A stretch of 64,000 nt of DNA, from positions 763,707 through 827,706 of the forward strand of contig JAQGDQ010002371.1 in assembly GCA_030141605.1 (NCBI GenBank). Direction: 5' to 3'. The DNA comes from Tubiluchus corallicola (taxonomy: Eukaryota; Animalia; Priapulida). A program made the translations under genes and the position numbers. The first letter of the stretch is position 1; every line of letters starts with the position of its first letter. The notes below the pieces were generated by a model, which made no database searches, was not told the DNA's origin, and saw nothing but the letters and a program-made list of their open reading frames with translations. Shown here piece after piece: positions 13,601-26,920 of the stretch.

Positions 13601-16600
13601 AGTGGACTATTTGTGAAAGTCGTATAACAGCACAGGAAAGAGTGACAAAGCACTATTACTGTTAAGTAGCACTTGGGTAGTAAATAAATAGCTTTGTTTG
13701 GGTTTATATCATTTTTTAATTTAGCTATTTAAACACTACTTTTTCCAGACAGAAGCAGATGGTGCAATTGGCGTTGAGGATGTCTCCAGTTTCCCATCGT
13801 TAACTGAAATCTCTTCTGCATATTGTTCTGTTGCAGAAATATACATGACTGATTGTTGGTGAGCAAAATTTCTTTTGCCTTGGGGTCTTTACTTACAGAT
13901 CTGATGAAGGAAGTATAACTCAAAATTGGTGTGATTATAAACATTACCCTCCTGTAAAGCCTGTAATTCAATAATATAGGTTTCCTGTTTTTTTTGTAAA
14001 AAATGGCAAAAACCAAAATCCTATTCATTAGATATTGAAACATGGGATTTTTAAATACTAGTTCTAGTTGTCTGCCAAATTTTAGCTAACTACATTTTTG
14101 CAAATGGTGTTGCTGAGCTGTATGATTATAATTTGAATAGAAAGAGCATTTGCACAACTTTGGTCTTATGAGTTTATGTATGTAACTTAGGAAAGTTGAA
14201 ATTTTATGGAATACGAAATATTGTTTGTTTGCCCATTTTATCCAGTCACCTTTTGAAGTTCATATTATGTCTTATCTTATCATTCTTGAAGGCTTCAATA
14301 TCTGATTTACAGTTTTGAAGAAAATGCAGAGCATCTTTGTAAAGGTTATATAGAAAAAGCCATAGAAACTGATCCAGGCAATCCAGAAGCTCATCATTTA
14401 AAAGCAAGCTTTCTTACTACTATAGGTAACCGTGAGGTAATATTTTTTAAACTTCATTATGAGACAAAAGTATAACATTTTGCTCTATTGATTTAGTTTT
14501 CACTATACACTACCTTAGTAATGAATAATGAACTGAGTAAAAAAATGCAAAAAGTCTGAATAAGAAAATTAGTCTTACATGTCGACGACATTATCACTTT
14601 TAATAATTGTCATACTTTGCTATTTACTGTCATGTAAATATTATGTTTATTGATATTATCCTTACTTATTTATCTGCTGTTTTCCTGCTGTCAAACTGGT
14701 TAAAACACTAAAAAATGAACAAAAAGACCCAAAGACATTTTTCTTGCAATGGATTATTCGATTCCAAATAACACTAATATGTTAAAATTCAGTTTGTGCA
14801 GTTTGTTATGCTTTGAGGAATGCAGTTTTAACATCTTACTTCCATGTTAAGAAAAAACAGTGTGTTGTTTTTACGTACAAGAAGTTGATGTTTGAATACT
14901 TTTAGCAACATTTCTTTTCTAACTTCCCAGATAGAGGTTATTTTTGCTTCAGTATTTAATGGATTACACAACAATAATTACCGAATCTCACAATTTACTT
15001 TTTTGGAGATTTATTGCTTGAAGAGAAATATATGAGCTTCTAATGTGTGTTTTTTACAGGAAGCCAAAGAATCTGCCGAGAAGGGTTTATCTCTCTGGCT
15101 TCCAAACCTCCAAGCTGTTCAGCAAGGGCATCTTGAAAGTGACTCCAAAGTCGACCTTGTTGAGGTATCAACTTTTGTTGACATTATTGGTCGTATTGTG
15201 GTATACACATTGACACCAGTGATGTAGTCAAGTCTTTCGGTACCAGTCCAAGTTGAGTTTCAAGTCCTTGGGGCTCAAGTCCAAGTCAAGTCTCAAATCA
15301 CTGTGACCAGCATTCAACTCAAGTCTTGAGTCTTATTGCCCAAGTTATTGTGTCTGTGTCTGAGCTGGGTCCTAGGTTATGTTCATGTTGTCATGTACAT
15401 CTTTAAATAGAGTTTCAAGATAAAATATTCTAAGGTTTAATCAATTTTCAAACTCCTGATTAATAATAATAAATTGTTATTTTTGGTGTTATTTTGCTTA
15501 TTACTGCACTAAATTTATTGAGTAATATTGATTATTGAATTTTGCTTACAAATGGTTTTACATTTTAATAGCAATTTTGCAGTGGTGTTATAGTGAGTAT
15601 TTATAACATAAAAATTATATTATAATCAGTAGTACTAATTACAATGTACAGGCAGTTAGTCAAGTTTCTTATTACATTTAAGAAACACTATGTCAATTAG
15701 GTTCTTATCTGACAAGCTTAGCTCTGTGGTCTTACTAACAAGCCACTCTGACTGAAGACTCGCACATGTAACAGATATCCTAGTAGCTGGGTATCTATAC
15801 ACTGATTAGCCAGTTTAAAAAGCCTGGCACTAAAAAAACTGACGTAATGTTTCTGATGTTGTGTCAAGTGTACATTTAATGTTGTAATAACAGGAAAGTT
15901 TTTAACTGAGCGTAGATGTGACCACAACGGTGACCCTAGAGAGTTCAAGAACTCCACTTAGGTATAAAATATAAACATGACAATAGGCAACAAACACTGT
16001 TCGAGTGCCAGAATTGAAATGCTTTGTTAAAGGAAGACAGGATGATTTTTCATATACTACCACATTTTCAAGTCCGATAAAAAATATACATTTTAACACA
16101 ATTAGTGCTGCAAAAGCATTTCTGTTAATTAAATAATAGATTAAAAACTTAGTTAATGGCGTGCGAGCACAACTATTGATGACATCACAAACTAACATCA
16201 TTTTCAACAGCAAAAAATATTCCACGAGCACGTTGCACGTGTTTGCAAAAGCGAAAACTGAGGCACAGTACTCCACTCAGTTAAAATCTCTTCGAACAAT
16301 GTAACTACAAGTAAAGGCTTTGTACCTTGTCCTATTTGAGGCTCCCTAGACTACCAATTTGTTAACCTCGGTGATTTAACACTTTTTCAGCAAAAAATTT
16401 GGCCCTTTAATAAAAAAGTAACTCGTTATCCTAATAAAAAACAATTTGTTAAAACTAAATAGGTTTAAAAATGTTTGATTACTTAAAAATTATAAATTTT
16501 TATTGTTTGATGTATAATTTTTAGCAGCTGCAGCATGATCTTTGCTGGAAATTTTATGAAAATTATGAAGTGTTAAAGCATTTGGTAAACAGTAGGCCGG

Positions 16601-17758
16601 GGCTAAGAAGTGCAGGGCCAAATTAGAAAATTATTAGTGGAGCTGTTTGCCCCACTAATGATGCAGAACAATATAAACAGTTTGGACATATTTAACAAAA
16701 CAAACTATATTCCAAGCGTTATGTTATATAACCTCATTAACAGCACTGTTTATGTTTTGAGTGTTTGAATATCATCATCAAATTAGCAAAATTAAAATCC
16801 AATGACAATCTAACTAATGCATATAGGGTTTTTACCATTTACTTTTTTAAAAGGTAAATTGCAAGAATAAACTGAAATTATAAAACAAATGAACAAACAA
16901 TCAGCAAAAAACATTGTAATATAGGTGATATGTGAGGAAAGACTGAATAGTTTCACTCCTTCACAGTATCAAGAAACTTCATGCACATTGGACACTCATT
17001 AATTCATCATAGCATCCTCCACTCGGGCGTGTGCACAGGGCCCCCTTTTGGCGCAGAGCCCATTTTGAACAAATGTGTCTATTTGACTTAAAACCAGTCT
17101 TGATAAACAGTTATTCAAAGTGGTTACTTCTAATAAAAAAGATTATTGCTAACGTGAATGGATCTAACAAATGCATTTTAGTTTTACACAACCTTGTTTA
17201 GTGACTGCAGAACTTCAATGAATCTGAAAGTTTTAATCACATGTTATGTTATTGCCATCTCTTATAGAAAACTATTGCTTTAATGCCATTTTGATAAAAC
17301 TACTGTAATAAAATTTGTTAATATTTAGGTTTGTTCACTCAGCATTCAGAGCAGGATAGCAATATCTCAGCTACTCATTGAACTAGAAGAATATGATGTA
17401 AGTTTTTTCTGAAATGCTTTTATCTACATGCCTAATTATGATATAAGTAAAACAAAGTTTTCTTTATTGTAAATAAAAACAATGTAATTAACTAAGCTTT
17501 TTAATTTCAGAAAGCAAATGAAGTCTTAGATCTTCTTGTTGATGAAGATGATGAAATTGCAATCGTAAGTTTTGATTTTAATTTTCTTGTTCGTAGATTG
17601 GACCAGTTACTTTTGTTTGTCATTTAGATTATCACAACTTTTTAAAAGAAATATGCATTTTTTCTGTGCAGGTTTGGTATTTACTGGGTTGGCTGAATTA
17701 CTTGAAAGGTTCTGACTATTATGGAAATGCAAAATTTTATTTAAATAAGGCAAAAAAG
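10602..17758 (+). CDS. ACL4: ACL4-like TPR protein (probable assembly chaperone of Rpl4); 10 coding exons, 335 codons, no terminal exon found
   Basis: Exons 10602-10659, 11371-11468, 12182-12328, 12923-13075, 13749-13858, 14313-14436, 15060-15164, 17329-17397, 17511-17564, 17672-17758; all GT-AG, with a continuous frame. Motifs recalled as typical of Acl4-like proteins: AQKFCHRALEIEPDN, AVSLSPDEGHTKFLCLGQ, ISSAYCSVAEIYMTDCCFEENAE, DPGNPEA, GLSLWLP, LLIELEEYD, EDDEIAIVWYLLGWLNYL. Confidence 0.85.
11015..11104. repeat. Degenerate (CTACA)n microsatellite
   Basis: cactacactacactacactaca at the 3' end, with decayed units upstream. Confidence 0.6.
16593..17102. mobile_element. Degenerate MITE-like element in ACL4-like intron 7
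   Basis: GC-rich ends (aggccggggctaag..gggcc / gggcccccct..cttaaaaccagtct) around an AT-rich core; imperfect inverted ends. Confidence 0.35.
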
Positions 17759-19458
17759 GTAAGTAACACATTGTTAATGTTATGCTGGCACATTACATAG
17801 TGTAGCATGTAAATTTTATGCTGGCAGATTACATAGTGTAGCAATCATAGCAGTTATATAAGAGCATGCAATGTTATATAACTGCATAAACTAGTGATCT
17901 TGAAACTTTGAAACTGGTCCAAATGTCAGTGGAAATGTCAGCAAAATATTGTAAAAATTTTTTAACAACTTTATCATTTGCCTCCACCTTTTACTGGTAT
18001 ACCTATGTGTGTCATGTAATTTGTTGGAAATATGAAAAGCCATGGTTTTACTTTTTTGGTTTATTCCCTAATGTATGGAAAAATTGAGTAGTCTGCCAGC
18101 AAAAATGGGATGATAATAACAATTTTTGCTGGACAGTAAAGGTTGTAAAACAGTTGGTTTGGTGTCAGCATACTTACCAGTCACTCTTCATGATCAGATT
18201 TTTAATATCAGTATATCATTTTCCTAAAATTAATGTGCACAGCTAGGAGTCACTCAACATTGGAAACAGTTTGAGAAACTTACAGCATGTTTTATCTTTT
18301 CTTTGTACATTATTGTGGGCATTTTCTTTGAAATTTGTGTGATTTCATTATCAAAACTATGATTTTAACTGTCAAATTTTTCTTAAACTGTTGTTGACCT
18401 TTGGCACAAGGTGATTTGCAGGCAAAACTACAGACAAATGTGTTACAAAGAAACATCTCCTCATTTTTTCAACTTCATTTATGTACAAGATAACAGTCAG
18501 AAATAAAAGGATCATTCAAAATAGGTGACATGTGAAAAGCTGTTTACAAACATTTTTAACAGACAATTTGTAACAGATGCATTATGGGATTCCCCACTAT
18601 TCAGTTAGCTCATGTCGAGTAAAAATAAATAACTACATGCATGCAATACTTTGCATGTCCTGACTTTCTAGCTTATTCATATATATTTTAGTAAAGTTAA
18701 AGGAAGTTACTTGAAAATGATACATTGTGAAGCGTCACAGCCTGCTAATGCCCTATATGAGTGGCTCATTTAGAATAAGTAAGGTGCCATTTCTGTAGAA
18801 AAATGGAAACATAGTCCCACAAATGGGAAAAATTGAGCAGTATAATAATGCAAGGCAGTTATCATTATGCAAGACAACTGTCATATTCATATGACTATAT
18901 GCTTTGCTGAAACAAACATTGTAAAATAGACAATTAAATAATTTTAGCTTGTGAAGATCATCAACTGCCTTAACATTGTTTGACCAATGTTAGCAAAAAT
19001 GGTAGTATTAAAAACTCATATACAGCAACAAGTAAAAGCATTGCCATATTGGCTACATACCTCGTTAGGATCATGCTTGTTTTATTAGGCCACAAGTCGA
19101 TAAACATTTATATGTTCATTTACAAGTACATTAAATGCACTTGAGTGGTTCACTTTAAACCTCAAATGTAACACCAGTTCATGTTCTTGTCTACTGTGTT
19201 ACCTGTCAATTATTTTGCCCATTATGGTATCTGTTATGGAAGTTTTAAAAGACTCCACATCTTATCTATTATTATAAGAAATTTTTGAACATTCATTGCT
19301 TCATAAGCGTGATAACACTTTCTGCACCACATTACCTGTCTATAAAATAACAGAACACTACTCACAATACAACAGTATTATTTACAAACAAATTTACACT
19401 TTGTCTTTTATAAAAAGACACTAACTTCACAATAATACCAAACAGTCTAAATGCAGCA

Positions 19459-22095
19459 TTATACCGAGGTGACAATTGCTGTTGTTTCCGAGTTATCTAA
19501 GTGCTTCTTTGTTTCACTAGAGTGGATGGGTGGTGGTGGTGGGGGAGGAACAACAGACATAAAATCTCTTTCTTTTTTACTAACTGTCCTGCTTTTTAGC
19601 ACGCACACATAAGCACACAGAATGATTACTAAAACGGCACACATTCCCAATGAACTTGCTAGTATTATGATGATTAAGAAATGCTCATTTTCTATTCCTG
19701 TGCACACAGAAGCACTGTGATCACTGTTCTTTTTATCACTATTGGGAGTGTCTGTTTCAAAATGCTTGTTGTCATAGAAACCATTGTTCATTGAACTAGT
19801 GCACACAAATGACGACGGCTGTAAGCACATAATACACTTATTCATTAAATATGGCGGTCCATAACACGTGATACTGTTTAGTTCATCTATATCAGCAAGG
19901 CTGCTGCGCGATTTATTTTTCCACAACTCTAACCATTCACGCAACCATTTTATTTGACAGTCACAAATCCAAGGGTTCTTATTTATCCTTAAAGTCTTGA
20001 TGCCAAGTGCATGTGTTTTTGTCAGCACATCTGTGTCCATGCGCATAATCCGATTATGGCTGAGATCTAACCAGCTCAACATCTGCAGTTTTTTAAACAG
20101 CTGACCTTTAATAGTAGAAATATTGTTATAGCCAAGATCGAGCTGTTGTAATGTTGGAATGTCATTAAATGCACTGTCTGCTATATCTGTTATTGTGTTA
20201 TTTGCTAGCGATAAATGTCTGAAAGACTTCATGATCTGAAAACTACCATTTTCAATAACTTTTATCTGGTTGTGACTGATATTTATCACAATAACTTCGC
20301 TCAAGTTATAAAAACTATTCACTTGTATGTCGCTAATGTTGTTGTGAGATAAATCAAGGCTCTGTAAACTAGATAAATTCGAAAAAGTCCATGCTTGAAT
20401 CTTTTCTATGCGGTTGAAAGATAAATTAATAGCTGTTATAGAACTAGTAAATGGTCCACCTTGAAATGCCATTGGGTCAACAGTGCTGATATTGTTTCCT
20501 TCGAGGTGAATGTTCAGCAAACTCTTCATATTACAGAAAGAGTTATCTGGCAATCGGTATACGTTGTTGTTTTCCATCTGAAGGCTTTGCAAAGCGGTCA
20601 TATTTATAAAAGCTTCTTTTGGGAAAATACTAATGTGATTATTTCTAAGTACAAGGTGCTGAAGACTCTTTTCAACCCCAAGGAAGGCTTTTGAGCTGAT
20701 GTGATCGATTTTATTATTGCCTAAAGTGAGTATCCTTAGTGAACGGAGAGTAAAAAATGATTCGTCTGGTATCCATCGTATCTGATTATCTTGTAGAGAT
20801 AAGCTCCATAAATTAGTAAATCCATAGAGTGCTGATACTGGAATTTCTGTCAGCAAGTTTCCTTCCAAGTTAAGCGTTCCTGGGTTTTCTTTAAATTCCT
20901 CTAAGCTATTGGGTGGAATGTTGATATTTTGTATTTCATTGTTACCTAAATTAAGCACATGCAGTGATCTTAAGTTAGCTATTACTGTATACGGAAATTG
21001 ACTAATACGGTTACGTGAGAGATGTAGATAGACGAGGCTGTCTTCCAGCCCATTTAGTGCCCCATCAGATATGTTACTGATTTCATTAGCATCCAAGTTT
21101 AGGTTCATTAGATTGGGAAGATTGCGAAAACTGTCATTAGGTATGGATGTTATTTCGTTCGCCCCCAGTACTAAATACTGCAGTTGGTACATATTGAGTG
21201 CTTCTTTTGGTATCTCTTTTAACTTGTTACTGTGCAGATATAGCAATGTAACATTATCTAGACCGGAAAAGCCATGCTCTTCTATTGTGGTTACCTGATT
21301 ATAAGCAATGTTGAGATGCTCTAATTCAATGAGGCTGCTAAATGCTTGGTTTTGGATGGTTGTAATGTAATTATGAGATAACTTGAGTATAGCAAGTCTG
21401 TCTAAATGGCAAAATGCATTCGAAGTGATGTTCATTAGGTTATTGTTCCGTAAATCTAACTCTTGCAGTGCATCTAACCCTTTAAAGGCATTGTGAGCTA
21501 TGCTGTTTATGGAATTTGAATTTAATTTGAGCTGTGTCATTGACGGCAAAGAACTAAATGCATAATTGTGGAGCTTCGTGATCATGTTGTAACCAAGGTC
21601 TAGTTTTTTCAGATTGTGCAAACCTTCGAATACTGCAGATGGAACTTGCGCCATGTTGTTTTCTTTCAGTATCAGCTCTAATAAATAGTCTCTAGATTCT
21701 AAAAATGCTTCTGCTGCAATCGTTTCCAAGTTGTTATTTACAATGTGAAGCTCCTTTATTTTGAGGTGGGAAAGTGTTGGCTGAGGAATAGTGCTGATTT
21801 GATTGTACTCTATCACTAGTTTGGTGATGAAATTATCTTTGTTTACACTTTGCAGTGCTTCGTCGATGCTTTCCAAATTGCTGTTTTCACAGTGGATGTT
21901 AAGTGGATTGGTGCTGGTGCACCAACAAACACTCGTCTTCCTTGTCTCCAGAGGACACAGTTGTGTAGATACCTGGTTTATTAAAGAACAACCAACGTAT
22001 GCATGAAGAAGTTGATAAAACAGCCATAGCAATTTTTCCTGCTTCCCAGCCATTGTCTGCAAAAACCAACAAAAAACATTTACTGATTTAGCCAT
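19459..22095 (-). CDS. Single-exon type I transmembrane leucine-rich-repeat protein (chaoptin/slit-like ectodomain, no TIR domain)
   Basis: 878-aa ORF: hydrophobic signal-like segment, LRRNT (CPL..CWC..IHC), roughly two dozen LxxLxLxxNxI repeats, LRRCT (NPWICDCQIKWLREW..TCYGP..C), TM helix (FLIIIILASSLGMCAVLVIILCAYVCVL), short tail with PPPPPPP and C-terminal TSV. Confidence 0.93.
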   Translation of the reverse strand: MAKSVNVFCWFLQTMAGKQEKLLWLFYQLLHAYVGCSLINQVSTQLCPLETRKTSVCWCTSTNPLNIHCENSNLESIDEALQSVNKDNFITKLVIEYNQISTIPQPTLSHLKIKELHIVNNNLETIAAEAFLESRDYLLELILKENNMAQVPSAVFEGLHNLKKLDLGYNMITKLHNYAFSSLPSMTQLKLNSNSINSIAHNAFKGLDALQELDLRNNNLMNITSNAFCHLDRLAILKLSHNYITTIQNQAFSSLIELEHLNIAYNQVTTIEEHGFSGLDNVTLLYLHSNKLKEIPKEALNMYQLQYLVLGANEITSIPNDSFRNLPNLMNLNLDANEISNISDGALNGLEDSLVYLHLSRNRISQFPYTVIANLRSLHVLNLGNNEIQNINIPPNSLEEFKENPGTLNLEGNLLTEIPVSALYGFTNLWSLSLQDNQIRWIPDESFFTLRSLRILTLGNNKIDHISSKAFLGVEKSLQHLVLRNNHISIFPKEAFINMTALQSLQMENNNVYRLPDNSFCNMKSLLNIHLEGNNISTVDPMAFQGGPFTSSITAINLSFNRIEKIQAWTFSNLSSLQSLDLSHNNISDIQVNSFYNLSEVIVINISHNQIKVIENGSFQIMKSFRHLSLANNTITDIADSAFNDIPTLQQLDLGYNNISTIKGQLFKKLQMLSWLDLSHNRIMRMDTDVLTKTHALGIKTLRINKNPWICDCQIKWLREWLELWKNKSRSSLADIDELNSITCYGPPYLMNKCIMCLQPSSFVCTSSMNNGFYDNKHFETDTPNSDKKNSDHSASVCTGIENEHFLIIIILASSLGMCAVLVIILCAYVCVLKSRTVSKKERDFMSVVPPPPPPPIHSSETKKHLDNSETTAIVTSV

Positions 22096-24988
22096 TATTT
22101 TTGATCAATAGATGCTTTTGCCAATACAATTCTCAAATTGACATTTTCAAAATCGTATCATCTTCAGTGAACAAATTACATTCTTTTAGTTGGCAGTAAT
22201 GCCGTCACAAGAATTGATCAGAAGCTAATTAATGTTGTCGCTGGACTGAAAATTATATTTGAGCACCAATGCATCAAAAACTGTGCTTTTCACAACACCT
22301 TTCTGATAACTCCTTGTGTGTGAATTCAGTAATGAAGGCAATTTGCATATTGAAAGCATAATAATAATGTGAATAATCACGTTCCTCCACTCTACAACGA
22401 ATTTGTGAGGCTCGTTATAGTAAAATCACGCGGCTGCGAACATAAAGCTTCTTATGAACACACAAACTGCAAGCAGTATATATTCTTCTATACAAAGATA
22501 CTACCTGTTTAAAATGTATAAGTGACAGAAAGCTGATTATCCAGTGCATTACAGTAGAAATTAGCTGACAAAACAACAAACATTTTTTTTATTTTCAGTC
22601 AGTACTTAAACTGTTCAGCTCATTGCACAACTGTTGACTGCCTTACAAAATTACTAAATTTTATGTATAATTTTGCACAGTGACAATGCATAATAGATAG
22701 GCAGCTGGTTATTTTAAATAAGCCATGTTAGGTCAAAGCTACAGTGTTTCATTTCATTCTAGGAGTTTTAGAAGTCCATACACATATTTTACCCAGATCT
22801 CATGGGTGACTGACGCAGATCAATATGAAATTTTCTGAACAGCAAAACATCTGCGTAACCCTTTATGTGTCACTGCTTATTACAACTCTTCTTCTTTGGC
22901 CATGTTTACCTTCTTGGGCTTTGTAAATCAGGACTCTTGAAAAGCAGTCCCATCTATACAGCAGTTGAAAGTGTAACGTCTCTGAAAGCGTAAATCCAGA
23001 TAAATTTGTATAATGGTTTTGGCCTTTTATTATTTTTAAATTAAGAACGTAGGTTGACGGTAATAGACGTTCCTATAGTTTGACTTTTGTGATATCGTAG
23101 TTTTATTTTCAGTGATATCTGTTTTTGAGATAGCTGCAGTATCGATAAAGAAACCTCAATTAGACAGATATTTAAAAGCAGAGAAATTCAGGCACGTTTG
23201 TTTTTACCAAGCTTTCATCCAACTATATACGAACGCAATATTTCTAAATTACTTCTCAAACTTTGATGTTATTCTCGTACGCATCTATTTACTGACTTGA
23301 TTAAGACAGCAAAAGTTCTCCGAAATTCTGAGTGGCTTTTGTTATTGCAGGCTTAGTTTGCATTGTTTCTGAAATAGCTTTTAAAAGTCTGTGAATTGTG
23401 CCCTTTTAGTATCAAAGTATGTTGTATTAGGACCTATAAATACGTGGTAGATTCTGAGCCAAATTGAGGAATATCTGTGACATCTTACACTCACAAAATC
23501 TTGCTTTAAAAATAATATTTTGTAGACAATCAATAATTTTCCTCATGATCTGGACGTTCTTCTTAGTTACATATACCAAGTACTTTTATTCTGATATAAT
23601 GATATTTTATGTGGTTAATTAGTGATTGTTATGAGTCATTTATCATTAATTACTTGATCAAAAAATCACATCTAAGATTCATTGAAGTGGCAAACTTTAT
23701 TTTAATTTATTTAATATGGTGTTTACGTTCAAATAACTGGGAATTTAAGTGTGAGTCTGTGCCGTGTGAAACTCTCGGTAGTCTGACTTGCGTTGATAAA
23801 ACCATTTGAAAATCTGTCATGCCTAATATGATATCATTATGTTAGTGAAGTTACTGACCATTTTGCTCACAACTTCCTTAAACTGAAAAATACTGTAGCA
23901 CCATCGTTATTAAGGACTGAACTTTTTATCACACTGCTATTGGCTTATTGGCAAAACCGATATCAATCAAAATTATGCTGCTTTAAATGGCTCAATATCC
24001 TTGTATTTCTCATTGCTATTTTTTCTTCTGTCTTGCTAAAAGCTTCAGTTGCATTCTTCTTTCACTCTGATTCTGATGCGACACCCGCCGTTAAATTATA
24101 TTGTCTCGGCTGGCGAACTATCGTTATGAATTTCATAAAGGCACCGGCGAAATTTCGCTCTACAGTCGCTAGCTTGATTTGCAGCTGACACACGAAAATG
24201 AAATCTCCTTTGCTGACAAATTAAAACGCGTTTCTATTATGCCGTAGGTAACTGACACTGCGCATCTCAGTAGCTTCAGCTGCATTGTGAAACTAGGCTC
24301 AATTTATGTGGCAGTTAATTAGCTTTCACGAATTTTTCCCAATAGAAAACGCATAGGAAACACAAAGCCCGATATTCTGGCTTCTAATTAGAAATTGTTT
24401 ATTGCTCACTTTAATAGGAATGAGAGTCTGTAAATTACTCACTGGTGAGCTCTACTGCTAACTGTTATTAAAGCTGGTTGTAATACAAATAAGCTCAGTT
24501 CAATCTGTGTCGCGGTAATTACCCTTGGATGACCATTGGCTTGTCCTTGTTAGGTCGACTAAATTGTCTGCACAAGGTGGATCAATATAGTAAATTCACA
24601 TTGACCCCAATTTATCGTCTGTTGTACAGGAAGCCAGCCTGCTAGTACTTTGACTGGTTTCAGTTTAATGTCAATACTGTTTTGAAATGGCTTCACTTCC
24701 TTCTTTCTATTTGTCCTCCGAACTGGCATGCGCCTGAAAATTCTCTCTGATCTCAAAAACGTTGCGGATTGGCAGAATGAATTGTTTAGATTATACATAT
24801 GATATACTCTGCAGAGCATGGAGCTCAACTGAACAGACGACATTGCTGAAATTGTCTTTCTTTTCAGTCCATTAAACCGTTCGATAACCAATTGTTTTCA
24901 ATACGTAAACGATTCAATTTAATACCCATTTTTCTGCGAATTTTAGTACTTACAAAACGAATTTTTAGTAGCTTCGCTATGCTTGAAA

Positions 24989-25070
24989 GCAGGGCCAGCT
25001 ATACCACTAGGGAAATTAGGCACTTGCCCAGGATGCCAAATTTTTTGGGGCGCCAAATTCTGGAAGTAAT
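24989..25070. mobile_element. Terminus of a hAT-like non-autonomous element
   Basis: cagggccagct..ctagggaaattaggcacttgcccagg..ccaaatttttggggcgccaaa resembles common MITE ends; no partner end found. Confidence 0.35.
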
Positions 25071-25989
25071 TCTTAAATTTTTTAGATTAGTTTTAGCATA
25101 AGTAATTGTATATATTATACTAATGTACTATACTATACTAATATTATACTAATATAACATAGTGTGTGTATAACATAAATGCACAACGTTTTAACTTGCT
25201 GAAACAAACTGCTTGTGTTATACTCCTGTCGAAATATATAGACGCCAATATGAACTTGTCTTCTTGCAGCAAAATACTTTCCATTTTTGCTTTACCTGCC
25301 TTCTTAAGATTACATTATTCAACGTTTTATTGTAGACACCATTAGCATGTTAACCCGCTTTTGCGTACAGTGTACATTGTACGCATACTGTGTGGCAGCA
25401 GAGAAAGTAACGACTCTTCATTTTATAAAAAAATTTCTTGCAAAAGCGCATCTAATTATGACAAATAAATCTATAAAAATAGAAGCTTTCAGGGCCATAA
25501 TACGGGAAAAACAAGGTAAAAAAGCTGGTGAACATTGAACGGCAAAAGATTCGTCAAAGAACTATTTGCAATCAGACAGAGTTATGGCTGTGAAGATGAT
25601 GAAACTAGTAATTTGGTGTATGAAAAAGAAGTTATTGTTTCAAAAATTTTCTGGTGAAAAGATCGAGCGCATAGTCAAGAGTATGTACACGAACAATATG
25701 CAGCAGAAATTGCAATGGACTCATAAATTCAACTTGAAATGAAATCGACACAAGCTGTAGATAGATAATTGACTACAGTTAATTAGTACACTTAGTAAAC
25801 TAGCTATTGGACAAAAAGCTGCGCATTCAATTTCTCGTTTTGTTATCGTCATTTGATGTATTTTAAGATTATTAATGGTTATCTGTAAATTAATTTCTCG
25901 GGTAAAGCAGCCATGATGTTCGGGACAGGGTGCTTAGTCCCGTATCTTCGTTGATGGGACACACACTCAGACTGAATGTAACTTACCTA

Positions 25990-26920
25990 ATATAGATAAT
26001 TAACACACTTTGCATGAATGTAAATGACATATATTACGAAAAAATAAGATGATCTGAATTTGGTCCATGGTACAAGGGTGCCGATGACGTCGTCACTGCC
26101 CCTGGCGTACAACTTAGACACAAAATTCTTGTAGCAAATGGCCGATTTCTTATTGGTCCATAATACATTTCGTAACATTTTGTGGCTTCGCTTGCAAGTT
26201 AGGTACAAATAATTTATTTTGCGAACTGGCTAAAGGGTACTGATGACGTAATTTGGTCACTTCGTGTGTTCCTAGATCATATCATTAATCATTTTACCAA
26301 ATGAAAGCGCACATAACACTTCCTGTTCGTCCCTGCTAATAGTAGCGAAGAGTCTATCTGTGATCATTTTTAAGTTATAAGCCTCCAAAGTGCATGTTCC
26401 TAAGCACAATTTCGTGACCTTTTAGTGTCCTGGGACAGTAAGCCAAAATGCAAAATTTTATAAAAATGCCCAAAAACGCTATTAAAATGGTTCAAAGAAA
26501 CTTTCCTAAACGTTTGGCAGCTGTATCCAGTCAGTTCTCTTTTTTCAGCTAATAGACCAGACTATTGATTTTGTGAAATGGATAGAGGGGTACCAATGAT
26601 GTAATTTGGCCATTTCGAGTGTTCCAATGTCACTAATCGTACTACCAAAAGAAAGCCCACATTTAAGTTCCTATTCGCCCCTAATAGTACATAAGTGTCT
26701 ATCTGTAAACGTTTTGGAATTATAAGCCTCCAAAGTGGACTATTTCGTGACCTTTTAGTATCACGGGACAGCGGGCCGAAGTGCAAAATTTTATTAAGAT
26801 CGCCAAAACGCCGTTAGAATGACCTAAAGAATCATTCCTGAAAGTTTGGTAGCTGTGTCTGGTCAGTCTCCATTTCGTTAAAATTTGGCCTTAACAGATC
26901 AGACTAAAAGTTGTTTTAGT
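25990..26920. mobile_element. Repetitive element with an internal ~200-bp diverged direct repeat (possibly a Helitron/Helentron-type non-autonomous element)
   Basis: 26353-26560 vs 26698-26903 share tctatctgt..ttataagcctccaaagtg..tttcgtgaccttttagt..gggacag..gcaaaattt..ttcct..gtttgg.agctgt.tc.gtcagt. Confidence 0.45.

Noticed and set aside
18243-18362. Possible ACL4 terminal exon (cacag|LGVTQHWKQFEKL..SKL*)
   Set aside because: In phase, but the acceptor is weak and the peptide is hydrophobic, lacking the expected HIxELL helix and acidic tail; it cannot be fully excluded without RNA data.
19459-22095. Toll-like receptor
   Set aside because: The cytoplasmic tail is only about 45 aa and has no TIR domain.
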